63,787 bases of DNA, filler included, from Hyphochytrium catenoides (GCA_900088475.1; 15 parts of 15 records of this genome joined end to end with filler, not necessarily neighbours in it), one strand, 5' to 3'. Counted from the first letter of the whole stretch, positions 26,860-39,611 are shown. Notes: a model not told the origin generated them from the sequence alone. Program-made: numbers and translations.

Positions 26860-27225
26860 NNNNNNNNNNNNNNNNNNNNNNNNNNNNNNNNNNNNNNNNN
26901 NNNTTAATTAATTAANNNNNNNNNNNNNNNNNNNNNNNNNNNNNNNNNNNNNNNNNNNNTCTCTCTCTCTCTCTCTGTCTCTCTCTCTCTCTCCCTCTCC
27001 TTGGTGAACGTAGTGCTGGTCTATTTGTCACTCGCATTCTCTACTTTGCTCCTGCTACATCTCTTCTTCAACCTCAGAGGAGGAGGCGGACATTCTCTCT
27101 TTCCTATCTCAACAATGATGAAAATCTTTCTCTCTTTCCTTATAGTTTGTTGTCTTTCCTGGACTTGTAGCAGCTTCCTCTTTGTTTGCTTATGANNNNN
27201 NNNNNNNNNNNNNNNNNNNNNNNNN

Positions 27226-27264
<39 letters not shown>

Positions 27265-27509
27265 GTGTCATCCTTTCCTGTATCTTGCTATCAGTATCTC
27301 TCTCCTCGTCTTCTCCTATTCACCTTCATCCCACCCTTGCCCTACTAACCAAAAAGCCTCTCTCATCATTTCCTTCTTCTCCGCCCTCTGACGGCTCATC
27401 CAGTCCTCGCTTCTCTTCTCTCATTATCAAAGATTCCTCGTCCTGACCATCAAGCAGCAGCAGCAGCGGCCGCAGCAGAAGACGCTTCTCTTTATTCAAC
27501 TTCATCGAC

Positions 27510-28223
27510 ATGCGGATCTCAACGTTCAGTGACTTCTTCCTCATTTTTGCTCTTTCTTCCTCTTCTTTGCTTATCTTTCTTTCTTCTTCTTCTTCCCCCT
27601 CGCTGCTCATCGTCAATGCTCTTAGTGTGGCAGAGGCAGAGGCCGCAACAGGTCTCTCTCTCCCTCCCAACTCTTTCGCCTGCATCGACGACACGGCGTT
27701 CATTCAAATAACAGGCGCCAACAGCTTCATCAACGGCCAATGCGCTCCGGGCTTCTGCGCTACCAGGAATCCTCCTACAAAGAACCCGTGCATCGGCGCT
27801 GCCAATGCGGAGAGAATCGATGGACAGCCACCTGCTCCTCCCATTGGAGGCCACGCCGCAGCGGCGTCAGCAGCCGCGCCAGCGCCATCGCCATCAGTGA
27901 GAGGAGGAGCGGGCAATAAAGCTGCTGGAGGTGGCGGAGGAGGAGCCGCAGCTGCAGGTCTGGCTGAGCAGCAGGGAGGAGGAGGCGCCGCAGCAGCTGC
28001 AGCAACAGATCTTTCTCAGTTCCCTGCAAACTCCTTCGCCTGCACAGACGACACGAACTTCCTTCAGATTGTTGGAAATGGAAACTTTGTACGCGGCTCC
28101 TGTGCGGCCGGACAGTGCGCCACCCGCAACCCTCCCACCAAGAATCCCTGCGTGGGACAAGCGAACGCGCTGAGAATCGATGGCGTGCCTGCAGGACCTA
28201 TAGTTGCAGATCCTGAAGCTTGA
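27510..28223 (+). CDS. Secreted or surface protein with two 54-aa four-Cys repeats and a G/A/P linker
   Basis: Intronless 237-aa ORF with a hydrophobic N-terminus. Repeats at 27663-27824 and 28023-28184 share PxNSFACxDDTxFxQIxGxxxFxxGxCAxGxCATRNPPTKNPCxGxANAxRIDG. Confidence 0.85.
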   Translation: MRISTFSDFFLIFALSSSSLLIFLSSSSSPSLLIVNALSVAEAEAATGLSLPPNSFACIDDTAFIQITGANSFINGQCAPGFCATRNPPTKNPCIGAANAERIDGQPPAPPIGGHAAAASAAAPAPSPSVRGGAGNKAAGGGGGGAAAAGLAEQQGGGGAAAAAATDLSQFPANSFACTDDTNFLQIVGNGNFVRGSCAAGQCATRNPPTKNPCVGQANALRIDGVPAGPIVADPEA

Positions 28224-28897
28224 AGACAAATTGTAGGCGGGCGTAAGGCAAGGACCAGAATGTCCATAGTTCTTTAGCGCGCGGTCTTGCCCGCCGCGGG
28301 TGGCCTGCCTTTCTCCTACTACGGCGTCGGCTCGATGGCGGTCGATGCCGGCCCAGCAAGGATCGAGCAAGAGTCACATTCTTGTCTCTCTCTCTCTCTC
28401 TCTCTGTGTACCTCTTTCTTTATATCCTCTCTCTCTCTCTCTTCTTGATACAAAGAGGAAAGCTATGGGATAGGACATCATCTAACAATAATGACAGATC
28501 CCTTAGACTTTAAGGTGCTTGTCCGATAAAGTCCTGAGGGAGGAAGCCCTAGCTCTGAAGAATTATGACAGAGAAGGTGAAGCTGACGAAGGGAGAGAGA
28601 GAGAAATCTTCACTGGGAGTCGCAAGGCGGCAGGTAAATAAGAAGCCATGGTAGGGAGAAGGATGAGAAGAGTCACAGCGAGCGTGAGGCGGTTCTTTTT
28701 TCCAAGAGTCAGGCCCTGGAAAGAGAGTCTTCCTCTCTCTCTTTTCTTGGCTTAACTTGTTTGCCCTGAGTGAAAGGTTCTTACCACGACCTCAGCGCGA
28801 AAGCCGAGAGAGAGAGAGCTCTCTAACACGTCTCTCCAAGTCTCTAGGCTCTCCAACCTCTCTCTTACCCAGCCCTTGCGAAAAGAGAGACCGCAGC

Positions 28898-31800
28898 TCA
28901 CTCTATCACCTTCGATAACCGACTCGCTCTTACCAAGAAGACTCGTAGTGATGATAGGTACAGCTCTTCTTCGCGGGTGTTAGAGACAAGCTCTTGGCAT
29001 AGCTTTAGATAGTTCACAGTCCTAACCTCCTGCATGCGTTTGACTACGCTTTTGAAAGAAGGAGAGCAGAGAAGGCGCGCGAGGGAGAGAAGAACAGGAG
29101 AGCAAAGAAAGAGACAAGAGAGAGAGAGAGAGAGGAGATGGAATAGGAGGTCAACCCTAAAAGTCCATTTCCAAGAGAGGCCTTTCTCCTTAGAAGAGAA
29201 GCTAGAATGCCGATAGTAGTCGAAGGGAGACGATACAGGCCCGAAGGGAAAGAGAACAAGGAGAGAGAGAAAGAAGAAAAGAGAAGTTAAGCAAGGAGCT
29301 GGTGGCGCTAGGAGCAATCCACTGTCACAATCTCCTCATGCACCTCCACCGCAGTGACCTCTACCAACTCTTCGCGCCCCATCGTCTCTTCAATTTTCTC
29401 TTCCTCTTCCATTCCCTCTTCTATTCTCTCTTCTTGTCTCCTCTCTTTTGCCACTTCTACCCTTTGTCTTAGGGAGGCGACGTCTTCTGCAAGGGCGAGC
29501 ACCACATCTGTGATGAGATCTACTTTGTCTCCTATGCGGGAACCTAAGAAGTACTTCATGACCTGACTGAACACCGGGTTGACCTTCTCCAGAAACTATC
29601 CCGCCGGTCATCGTAAGGGAGAAAAAGAGAGCGCAAGGGAGAGAGGGGGGAAAGAGAGAGACAGGGAGAGAAGACGAGAGAGAGAGTAAGAGAGAAAGAG
29701 AGGTTTGGACAGCAACTTATGGTTAATCAGCGAAAGAGACGCCGTTTAGTATAGGAAGATCGTCTAAACGCGGAGAAGGAAGGAGAGAGAGCTGCGTTGT
29801 GAAGCGAGATGGAGAAAAGGACGAATGATGGACAGAGGAGAAAGGTGGAGAGACGAAGTCTTAAATAAGTATGGTGCACTGAGACAAGGAGACATAAACA
29901 GCAGGATGACCCATTATCACCTCCCAAACTGACCTCAAAGGAGATATCAAGCAAGAGAAGCCACGACGGACCTCCATCCTTCTCATCCTCATGTTCTTCC
30001 CTGTTCCTTTCTCCTTCTTCTGTCTCCTGCCTAGGAACCACTGTCCCAAACACGAAGGGAACAGTAGAGAAGAAGCTCAGTCAGTGAATAAAGAGATGGA
30101 AAGAGAGACTGATTGGGAGAGATAGACAGAGAGAAAGACCGATGGCAGGAGAGAAGAGACAGAGAAGGAGAGTGTGACAGAGAAGGAGAGAGAAAAGTTT
30201 TAATAAGGGACAGTGAGAGCGAGCGAGAAACAATGTCCCCATGTCACCATAGTCTCCTGGACAAGGTTCCTTCAGTAGCTTCAGTCCAACCCTGAGTGTG
30301 TCCCTTAGAAGCTGTCGGATCTTCCTGATGGGAAGCACAAACTCGACCAGCGTGTCGGTGGAGCTCTCTCGCAGCTCCAAGACAGAGAGAGAGAGAGAAA
30401 GAGCAGAAAGAGACCCAGCTGTGTCCCTGTCAACGTTACAACGAGAGACATGGAGTCAGAGAAAGAGTGAAAAGAGAGAGACAAGATGAAAATCATGTCT
30501 GAGGGGAGAGAAAGAGAAAGAGAGAGCGGTGATGTCGAACTCAGTCTTGTTGACGAGCTCTTTTCCATACGCTCTTACCTTGTCAAAGTATAGGCAAGTT
30601 TGAAGCTTTGAAGCGGTAAAGAGGCAGGGATGACTCCCAGCTGGAGCTGAGCAGAAAGCTCGATATGGAACTCTCCCGTGTCGGAGAAAACAACTGGCCT
30701 AAAACCGCCTTCTTCTTCCCTCTCTTCTCTAACAGGCTTTGCAGGACGGAATGGGGATGCCGAGAAGAGAGACGGTGAGAGAGAGAAAAAAAAAGAGAGA
30801 GAGAGAGAGAGTGAGAGACATGATGGATGTGATGGATGCGTGGGAGCTTTCTCACCTTCATATCTCTAGTCATCCAAACGAGTCCGCCCCCTCTGCTTAG
30901 CGTGCTGAAATGGGATAAAAGAGAACAAAAGGGGAAGGAATGACAGCGAAGGGCAATAAAGAGAGAGAGAGACAGGGACAAGAAAGAAGAAGTTGGGCAC
31001 AGTTGGACAACGAGCAGAGATAGCGGCGAGCGATACCACTGGAGAGAGAGTGTCTCCTCCTTGATCATTAGTTTGCCCAGCACTCCTTCTGCCTCTGTGT
31101 CCATCACTAGGAGCTCCACCCGCTTCAAGCTCTTTACCGTGTCATGCAGACTGGAGAGAGACAGAGAGAGAAAGAGAGACAGAGAGAGCGCGGAGCTGAG
31201 CTGGCCATACAGTGGCTGTTTGCTGAAAGAGATAACGAGAGAAAGAGAGACAGACAGAGAGAGCACGAACGACAGAAAGGAGAGACAGGTCGGTAGATAG
31301 ACAGATTTACAGATCTATATACCTAGGGAGAGGAGGCTCGGCATAACGGAAGAGACACAAGTGCCACGCCGAAGCCAGAAGTTGAGGTTAGCAAGAACGA
31401 CGGAAGTAGAATATGTTTGTAGAGGGAAAGAAGAGACCAGAGGCAATGACCCAGACAAGAGCGACTAATATGGCAAGGGATAAATGAAATAGACAGACTG
31501 TCAGGTAAAGGACCGGGAAGAAAGAGCGTGTGTGAGAGAGAGAGACAGAAAGGAAAGACGGCTTCAGGAAGACGCCTTCAGAAAGACGCTGAGAGAGAGG
31601 AGAGCAGGTGTTTTGAAGCTAATGAACCTGGGATAATGTTGCTTGAGACTGCTCAGACTGAAGGGAAGAGCGAAGTGAACTTGAGTGATCTCCTCATCGA
31701 GAGCTTCACTCGCTTTGCTTTAAGAAAGAGAGCCAGAGAGAGAAGAACGAGCAGAAATCACGGCTTTGAGGAAGGTTGATGGCAGATAAACTAAGGATAA

Positions 31801-31916
31801 GCGGGACTAGAAGAAAGAGACATGACAGTAGCGGAGCAGGAGAGAGTCGTGAGAGGTGGGCCCTCGATAGGGAGCGCAATGTAATACCGCTACAATTGAG
31901 AGCAGAGAAACAGTTT

Positions 31917-31949
<33 letters not shown>

Positions 31950-32236
31950 CAGACAGTGTGGCAGACGGAGAGACGAACAGCCAGCTCTCACCAGAAAGCG
32001 GGTGCCGAGAGAGAGAAGAGACAGAGAAAGGAAGGAGAAAGAAGGAAGGAGAAATAAACGTGAAGAGATCAAGAGAGAGCGGGCCCGTCGCACCTATGAT
32101 CATCGTCTTCCACGTCGCCCTTCTTCTGCCTCTTCTTTGCCCTTAGCAGCTCTCTGCCCTCTTTCTCCGTCTCGTAGAAAGAGATGGAAGAGAACTTCAC
32201 GACCTTCCCCAAAAAGGAGCAGAAGCTAGGCATCTG
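28898..32236 (-). CDS. Multi-exon hypothetical protein (probably 5' truncated)
   Basis: Non-repetitive islands between CT-microsatellite introns mostly join in phase: MPSFCSFLGKVVK..., KASEALDEEITQVHFALPF..., LHDTVKSLKRVELLVMDTEAEGVLG..., FRPVVFSDTGEFHIEL..., PSWLLLLDISFE/FLEKVNPVFSQVMKYFLG..., EVRTVNYLKLCQEL...KVIE*. No family recognised, and some junctions are uncertain. Confidence 0.55.
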
Positions 32237-32717
32237 CTGTTCGACAAAGACGCTAATACCAACAAAATAAGTCAGGGAGGGAAGGGAATGGCAAAAGAGA
32301 GAGAAGAGAACAGTTTGATCACAGCCAGAAAGAGTGATCCAGACACACGCGGCAGAGGGAAATAAGAATAGGAGAAAGAGGAAAGAATGTAGAGGATACG
32401 GAATCTAGGGCCAAATACTAAGAGAGACAAGCAGAAGGAGATAAAGCCTGCAAGGGAGAAGGAGAAAAGAATGAGAGAGAGCAAAAAGAGAGACTGAAAT
32501 ACGGAGCTATCAAAGACAGAGAAAAGAGACAGAACAAAAGAGAGAGAGGCAGAGAGAGGATCAGAAAGAGAAGAAAAGAAGCAGAAGAAGCAGAAGAAGC
32601 AGAAGAAGAGAGAGAGANNNNNNNNNNNNNNNNNNNNNNNNNNNNNNNNNNNNNNNNNNNNTTAATTAATTAANNNNNNNNNNNNNNNNNNNNNNNNNNN
32701 NNNNNNNNNNNNNNNNN

Positions 32718-33514
32718 ATCCTCATCGCCGCCAGCGACTACCCTGTCAGACTCACCTTCGAGCTGCTTGAGAAGCTCAAGCAGGAAGTCGTACAGAAGCA
32801 TGCACAGGCGTCACTAACTGTCAAGGAGGTAACAATCCTCTCTCTCTCGCTTTCTCTCTCTCTCTCTCTCGCTTTCTCTCTCTCTCTCTCTTCTTATTTA
32901 TCAGGGATGGCAGCTCTTTCTCTCTCTCGTTCTCATTCGACTCTATGGGTGTGTCTCGCTATAGCTCTAGCATCGCTCTCCACCTTCTCCATCTCTCTCT
33001 CTCTCTCTCTTCTTTCACTAAGTAAATGCTCAATATCTTCTTTGTCCTCACACCTTCTTCCAGAACGGTCTCAAGGACATCCAGAAGAAGCTGAAGGAGC
33101 TGGCCGTAGAGTATGATGACCGTACCAAGGGCGACAAGGACAAGGTGGCCAAGGTTCAGGCGCAGGTTGACTCTGTGAAGAGCACGATGCAGGACAACAT
33201 CAAGATGGTGCTGCAGAACACGGAGAAGATGGAGAATATGGAGGCAAAGTCCAGTGAGCTCAGCTCTCAGGCAAAGGTCCGTGCATTCGTCCTCAATCCT
33301 CTCTATTAACTAGGAGCTAGCGCCTTTTTCTCTCTCTCTCTCTCTTTCTTTCTCTCTCTCTCTCTCTCTTGTGCTTTATGGAAAAGGCTGAGTTTCTTTC
33401 CTCTTGGAGTCAAGATAAACAGGATGGATAACTTCTATAAAGTGGAGAGGATTGACCTGGAAAATTGCTCGGTTCAGTTGGCTAACATTCTCTCTCTTTC
33501 TCTTTCTCGTGGCT

Positions 33515-33551
<37 letters not shown>

Positions 33552-33700
33552 AGGCCTTCAAGAACAGCGGAACAAAGTTGAAGAACGAGATGTGGTGGAG
33601 GAACTTCAAGCTGACGCTGCTTGTCGGCTTTGCAGTCATCTTCGTTCTCTTCCTCATCCTTCTCTTCGCTGGTGTCTTCTCTTCCAAGAAGAGCACTTAA
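32718..33700 (+). CDS. VAMP7: Longin R-SNARE, VAMP7-like (5' truncated)
   Basis: Exons 32718-32828, 33064-33276 and 33554-33700 encode the longin end (SDYPVRLTFELL), a synaptobrevin coil (DKVAKVQAQVDSVKSTMQDNIKMVLQN...), then AFKNSGTKLKNEMWWRNFK and a C-terminal TM helix. Confidence 0.9.
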
Positions 33701-34473
33701 TATTTTAGTAGTAAATATATAAGGCATGTCTTCTCCCGTTCCCTAGCCTTCTGGCGCGTGTTGCTTGGCTCTGGGGCAAGAGTTCCATCTTCACGGCATT
33801 GTTGTCCCAGATAGTCGACCTCTCCCTTTCCCCGTCTCTCTCTCTCTCTCTCTCTCTCTCTCACGCACACACAACTCTTTTCAGTTTCTGCTTCTCGCTC
33901 CCTTTTTTTGCTTTTTCTCCTCTTCTCATTTACTCCCTCGCCCATATTTGTGTATATGTGGGGGGCTTCTCTCTCTCTCTCTCTCTCTCGCTCGCTTTTT
34001 CTCTCTCTCGCTCTCCCCGTTCTCTCTCTCCCTCTCAGGCACAGAAAACTCTTTTTCACTTTCTGCTTCTCGTTCCCCTTTTGTTCTTCTTCTCTGTGCT
34101 CATGGTTGGGAACATGTGGGAGCCCCTCTCTCTTCTGCCTCTCTCTCTCTCTCTCTCTCTCTTTGCGCTCTCTCTCTCCTTCTCTCCTTGGTGTGTAACT
34201 AGGTGCGGGTGTCTCTCCTTGCTCTATATATATACCCCCTCCTTCTCTCTCGTCTCTCTCTCTTCCCACCTCAATTTTCTGCTATGTCACGCCTCAATTC
34301 CCTCCTAGCAGCTTCTGTGTCTTTCTGCCTTTGGTGGCCATGCCAGTGATCAGCCCCATCTGAAGGTGGAACTTGAAAACGAGAGAGTTCTTCTCCTTCC
34401 GTTTCCTAATCTTTCTTCTCTTCGGAGTGGATTCTCTTGCTTCACTGCCCTCTGCTCTGTCTCTCCTCTGTCT

Positions 34474-34533
<60 letters not shown>

Positions 34534-34672
34534 TCTCCCTTATCCTCTCCCTATAGACGTGCATTTCTCTCTTTGGCTTCCCACTATCTGTCAGAGTCCT
34601 ATGTTACTCTTCGAGGCGGAATAACCTATGGCAATGACCTAAAGCTATAAAATGGCCCGGTGTTGGTCCAAC

Positions 34673-35090
34673 CGGCTTATTATCAGGTCACTTGTAGTCT
34701 CTTGGGGTACNNNNNNNNNNNNNNNNNNNNNNNNNNNNNNNNNNNNNNNNNNNNNNNNNNNNNNNNNNNNNNNNNNNNNNNNNNNNNNNNNNNNNNNNNN
34801 NNNNNNNNNNNNNNNNNNNNNNNNNNNNNNNNNNNNNNNNNNNNNNNNNNNNNNNNNNNNNNNNNNNNNNNNNNNNNNNNNNNNNNNNNNNNNNNNNNNN
34901 NNNNNNNNNNNNNNNNNNNNNNNNNNNNNNNNNNNNNNNNNNNNNNNNNNNNNNNNNNNNNNNNNNNNNNNNNNNNNNNNNNNNNNNNNNNNNNNNNNNN
35001 NNNNNNNNNNNNNNNNNNNNNNNNNNNNNNNNNNNNNNNNNNNNNNNNNNNNNGGCCTATTATCAGGTCAATTGTAGTCTCTTGGGGTAC
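34673..35090. repeat. Probable collapsed tandem repeat spanning an assembly gap
   Basis: GGCYTATTATCAGGTCAMTTGTAGTCTCTTGGGGTAC occurs on both sides of the N gap at 34711-35053. Confidence 0.6.
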
Positions 35091-35424
35091 TGAAACATCA
35101 AACACGGAGCATTATTGAGTACAGAGTTGTTAAGGAAGAAATAAGAGGCGGCGAAGGTTTAGAACTTGAGGGGTTGGATGGACCTAAAGAGATGCGATCA
35201 GAACCTTCATCCTCCCTCTGTTCTTTCTTGTCTCTTCTCTCTNNNNNNNNNNNNNNNNNNNNNNNNNNNNNNNNNNNNNNNNNNNNNNNNNNNNNNNNNN
35301 NNNNNNNNNNNNNNNNNNNNNNNNNNNNNNCTTCTTTCGCCACCGAGGAGTGAATCATTAGCATTCTTGTGCCGCCGCCGTTCATCTGCTGCGCTCATCT
35401 GCAGATGACAGAGATTCTCTCTCT

Positions 35425-35870
35425 ATGAGGCGGCTGGCTCTAGGTCTGAACAGTCGCTTTGTTCATCAACGTGCGCGTTCTCTCTCTTCCTTTCAAAGCA
35501 CAGTCTCTCTCTCTCTTCTATCGCGGAGCTTTCTCTCTTCTACTTCTCTTCTTCCCGCATTCGCGAACATGAGCGACCAGAACAAGAGGCGATGGAGAGA
35601 AGGCGGCAGCGGAGGAGGCAGAGGCAGAGGCAGAGGCGGTTGGAGCGGAGGTAAGGAGGGAAAGGGAGAGACACAGGCCAAGACAGAAAGAAAGAAAGAG
35701 AGAGAGAAGAGACCAAGACACGCAGAGTATAAGTAAGAGAGAAAGAAAGAGACACAGACAGGAGAGACACGTACACAGAGAAATAAAGCTAGGTAAGGAG
35801 AGAAGAGAAGGAAGAGGGGTGAGGGCAGTAGAGACAGTGAATAAATGTGTGCAGTGGAGGAGACCGAAGT

Positions 35871-35903
<33 letters not shown>

Positions 35904-37482
35904 CAGGAACTGATGCTCTTGGTGTCTCTTCCCTGCAGAGAAACGCTTCAGATCGGATAACTTTCGAGGAGCCGGAAGAGGAGGAGGAAGAGGAGGGGGA
36001 AGAGGAGGCGGAAGAGGAGGAGGACGGGGAGGAGGAAGAGGAGGGAGCCACCATCGGCGGCCCGATGAGAGAGAACAGCGACCTCCTATAGGTAAGATAT
36101 AAGGGGGAGAGAGAGAGAGAGAGAGAAAGTAAAAATAAAGAAGAGAGAGAGAGAGGGCGCGAAAGAGACATGAAATAAAAAAGAGAGAGAGAGAGCGAAA
36201 GAGACAGAAAAAAAAGAAAAGAGAGAGAGAAAGAGAGAGAGGGAGAGGGAGAGGGAGAGAGAGAGACTCAATGAGAGAGAGACAACAAGACCAAACACCA
36301 GCTCTTGAGACGGAGAGAGAGCAGAGATTGGCTGTCCTTGGAATGCTGATTAGATATAAAGATAGAGAGCGTGACCGAGGAGGGGAATCGTTGTACACTT
36401 AGTAAGAGAGCCACAGAGATAGACGCGTCAGCAGAGAGAGAGAGAGAACGAGAGTGAGAGAGAGATCAGAAGTAAAAAGAGAGGAACAAGCGAAGACGAG
36501 AAAACAAAAGACGAAAGAGAGCGAGATTGAGCAAGCGAGAGAGAGAGAGTGAGAGAGAGAGAGAAAGGAGAGAAAGAGGCAAAGCGAAAAAAAAAAGAGA
36601 GGGAGTGAGAGACAAAAAGCAAAGGGAGGGAAAGAGACTATCAGAAGAGAGTGTTAACTAGAGAGGGAGGGGAGATTGCTGTCCTTAGTAGGCGGTGAGA
36701 GAGAGAGAGATTCAGAGAGAGAGAGATTGGATTAGAAACCTCGCGCTAACACGTCTTCCTTTTCTAGAGCCGATGTCTCCAGAAGCGGTGGTCAAATTTG
36801 AGAAAAGCGTCGGTATTGAGGCGTTTATCAGCGATAAGCCTGGTTTCTCCGGTATTATCAAGGAGAGATACGCGGACTTTGTCGTGAGTGAGATCGGAGA
36901 AGATGGAGACGTTGTGCACCTCACAGATCTCTCTTTCGTCCCCTTGGGAAGAGAGAAAGAGGGAGAAGAGCTCTCTCCCGAGGAGCTGGAAGAGAGACTT
37001 GAAGGTGTGAGAGAGGAGGTGCTCCAACTCTATGGAGAAGAGACGGCGGACGCGCTCGTGGAGTTCCTTCGCCCTCTCCTTCTGGATAGGATCGAGAAGG
37101 AGAGAGAGAAGAGAGAGAGACTGAGAGAGAAAGAGCAACGGCAAGGGGAGGATGGCAGGGAGAAGCTCCACCAAGCAGAAGAAAGCGAGAAAGTCGAAGA
37201 GGAGACAGAGGCGGCAGTCAAGGAGGAGGACGCACCAGCACAAGAGAGAGAGGTACTTCAAGTTAAAGAGGGAGAGAAAGAGAGAGAAGGAGAGAAAGAA
37301 GAGCATGGACCGGCGGTGTTCAATTTCCCCCTGATCACCACTAAGGAAGACCGCACTCGCACCCACGCCATCTTCACGACTCACCTGAATGGGCTAGTGG
37401 TCACCGACACTGTGGATGGNNNNNNNNNNNNNNNNNNNNNNNNNNNNNNNNNNNNNNNNNNNNNNNNNNNNNNNNNNNNNNN

Positions 37483-37516
<34 letters not shown>

Positions 37517-37958
37517 CTCTCTTCCTCTCTCTGTTTTCTCCTCTTTTTCTTGCTCTTTCTCTCCCTCTCTTTTCCTCTCATTCTCTCTGTTTTCCCCTCT
37601 TTTCAATTGGTCTCTCTCTCTCTCTCTCTGTGTGTGTGCGTGCTGTGTGTGCTTGTGTCCCTCATTCCTGCTTTTATGTGTAGTTGTCTCTTCCCCTGAG
37701 CTCTCTTTCAAAGCCTTCCCGTCATCCCTTCTTTTCTCACTGCCCTATTTTGCTACGCTTTTCCTTTAATTTCTCTCTCTTTTCTCTACCTTTCATCTTC
37801 TCTCTCTCTCTCTCTCTCTTGCCTCTCTTTCTTTCACTTAGGAGCCGATAAGACCGCCCCGAAGCAGGTTCGCTTGCGCCTGGCTCCAAGCGGGAAAAAG
37901 AAGAAAGAGAAGGGCTTTGATTCTCGAGGAAATTCTGTGGCATGGCCTGCTGAAAAGG
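35425..37958 (+). CDS. PUS7: TruD-family pseudouridine synthase PUS7, N-terminal part
   Basis: Exon from 36768: EKSVGIEAFISDKPGFSGIIKERYADFVVSEIGEDGDVVHLTD...KEDRTRTHAIF. Next exon: ...VAWPAEKG. Upstream exons carry RGG repeats. In-frame ATGs at 35425 and 35569. Confidence 0.9.
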
Positions 37959-39611
37959 GTTCGTTGTCTCTCTCTCTAGTGCCCTCCCTTTCTCTGTTCG
38001 TTCTATCTCCTGCGCTCTTTGAGACCTCTATCTCTGACTCTCTCTCTCCCTAACCCTCCCTCCCTCGACTCCTCCACTGCTCTCTCCTTCTTTGTCTCTC
38101 TCTTCCTGAGCTTTAGGAAGGAATGGCTTTTCGTCCACCTTTGCCTGGAAAGGAGACACTCTAAGACTCTGTCATCCTGCACACGTGCCCTGCGGCCTCC
38201 GTGACCTCAAACTCCTGTCTCTCTCTCTCTCTCCCTCATCTTCCGCTCTTTCCCTTTCTTGCCTGGCTCTGTTTATCTCATCTCTCTCTCTCTCTCTCTC
38301 CCCCCCTCTCTATCGCTCTCTATCTCTGTCTCTGTCTATCTCAACTCTCTCTCTCCCTCTCTCTCTCTCTCCNNNNNNNNNNNNNNNNNNNNNNNNNNNN
38401 NNNNNNNNNNNNNNNNTTAATTAATTAANNNNNNNNNNNNNNNNNNNNNNNNNNNNNNNNNNNNNNNNNNNNTTATGTCAGTAAAAGATTAGACAAGATA
38501 GAAAGCATGGTGTTTCCAGAAGGGTCCCGACACTATTGACCACAGAAGGGCGGCGGAGCATCGTACCTTTGTCGAAGTCAATTTCGAAGATGCTTACATC
38601 TTTTTCTTTCTGCCGCTGGCGCACCTCCTGGGGCGGACACATCAACCTACAGGTCCCTCTCATTCTCGGTAGAGCCTCTGATGGGAGTCTTGTGGGAGAC
38701 GAGGCGGTGCGGGATAAAGCAATGCTTGTAAGCTAGCAGCAGTGCGGGTGCCTCTTTCGCCACGGCTGCGGGAGGATTACTTCTTATTACAATCGTAAAT
38801 GTAGACCTTCTAGGAAGAAAGATAGAAAAGCCGTGGAGGTTGTAGCGATAAAGCTATGGACCCACCTCAGCTTCCTATGGTGAAGAAGATGCTAGAAATA
38901 GGATGAGGAGGACAGAGAGCTAAAGAATGGTACGTTGGCGTTGTCACATCACGAAGCGATAAAAAGTCGAAAAACGTGTGATTACTCTCTTTGACCTGTA
39001 ACAATGGCCAGTGACGAGGCAAGTGGCAGTATGCAGAGGTGAGGGCGGCAGCTCCTCCGACTCGCAGCAACAGGGTAGAAAGTGGTTGCAGAACACGGGA
39101 CCACCAGGAAGATTAGACGGAATGAGCCGCAGGTCGTCTCTCACAAACTGTCTGGTGATATCTAGTAGAGAGGCAACCAAGGATAGCACCCCCGCCAGGA
39201 CTATCTACTAGCACAGATGACGGAGGTCCGCTTCTTGGTGTCCCTTCATTCCCTGATTCATAGTTCTATGAGGAGCAGTGTTGAAGAAGGTCAGGTCAGG
39301 GCAGAGGAGGTCAGCAAGATCAAGAAGTAAGCAGCACAGATGCGGGAACCCAGACCATCATCAGAGACTTGAAAACTTGTGAGAAGAACTAGTAGATCTG
39401 CGATATTATGATCTTCATACTCTGATTACTCAGATATATGGTTTTTTTTTTTTTATTATAAATAAAAATGTAGATCCTTCCCAGCTTCTTCGCCACCCCA
39501 TAGTTCCTACAGTGTACACGGCGTTTACAGGGTACAGAGATAAAGATAAGAGATCCCAGGAACTATGGCCCATCCGCCACCGCGTGTCCTAGGACTTCGT
39601 ACTATAGACTG

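Noticed and set aside
23427-38372. Dozens of ORFs rich in ER/RE or LS/SL
   Set aside because: These are translations of (GA)n/(CT)n microsatellites, which lack stop codons.
38850-39050. Plus-strand SDKA...EWYVGVV...LLSLT as a remnant of a mononegaviral L polymerase
   Set aside because: The key KERE.K and GDN motifs are absent and the similarity is too weak to call by eye.
39478-39600. HDV-like ribozyme on the minus strand (stem followed by GGCGAAG)
   Set aside because: I could not find matching P1, P2 and P3/L3 elements; only the 11-bp stem is supported. An Infernal search would settle it.
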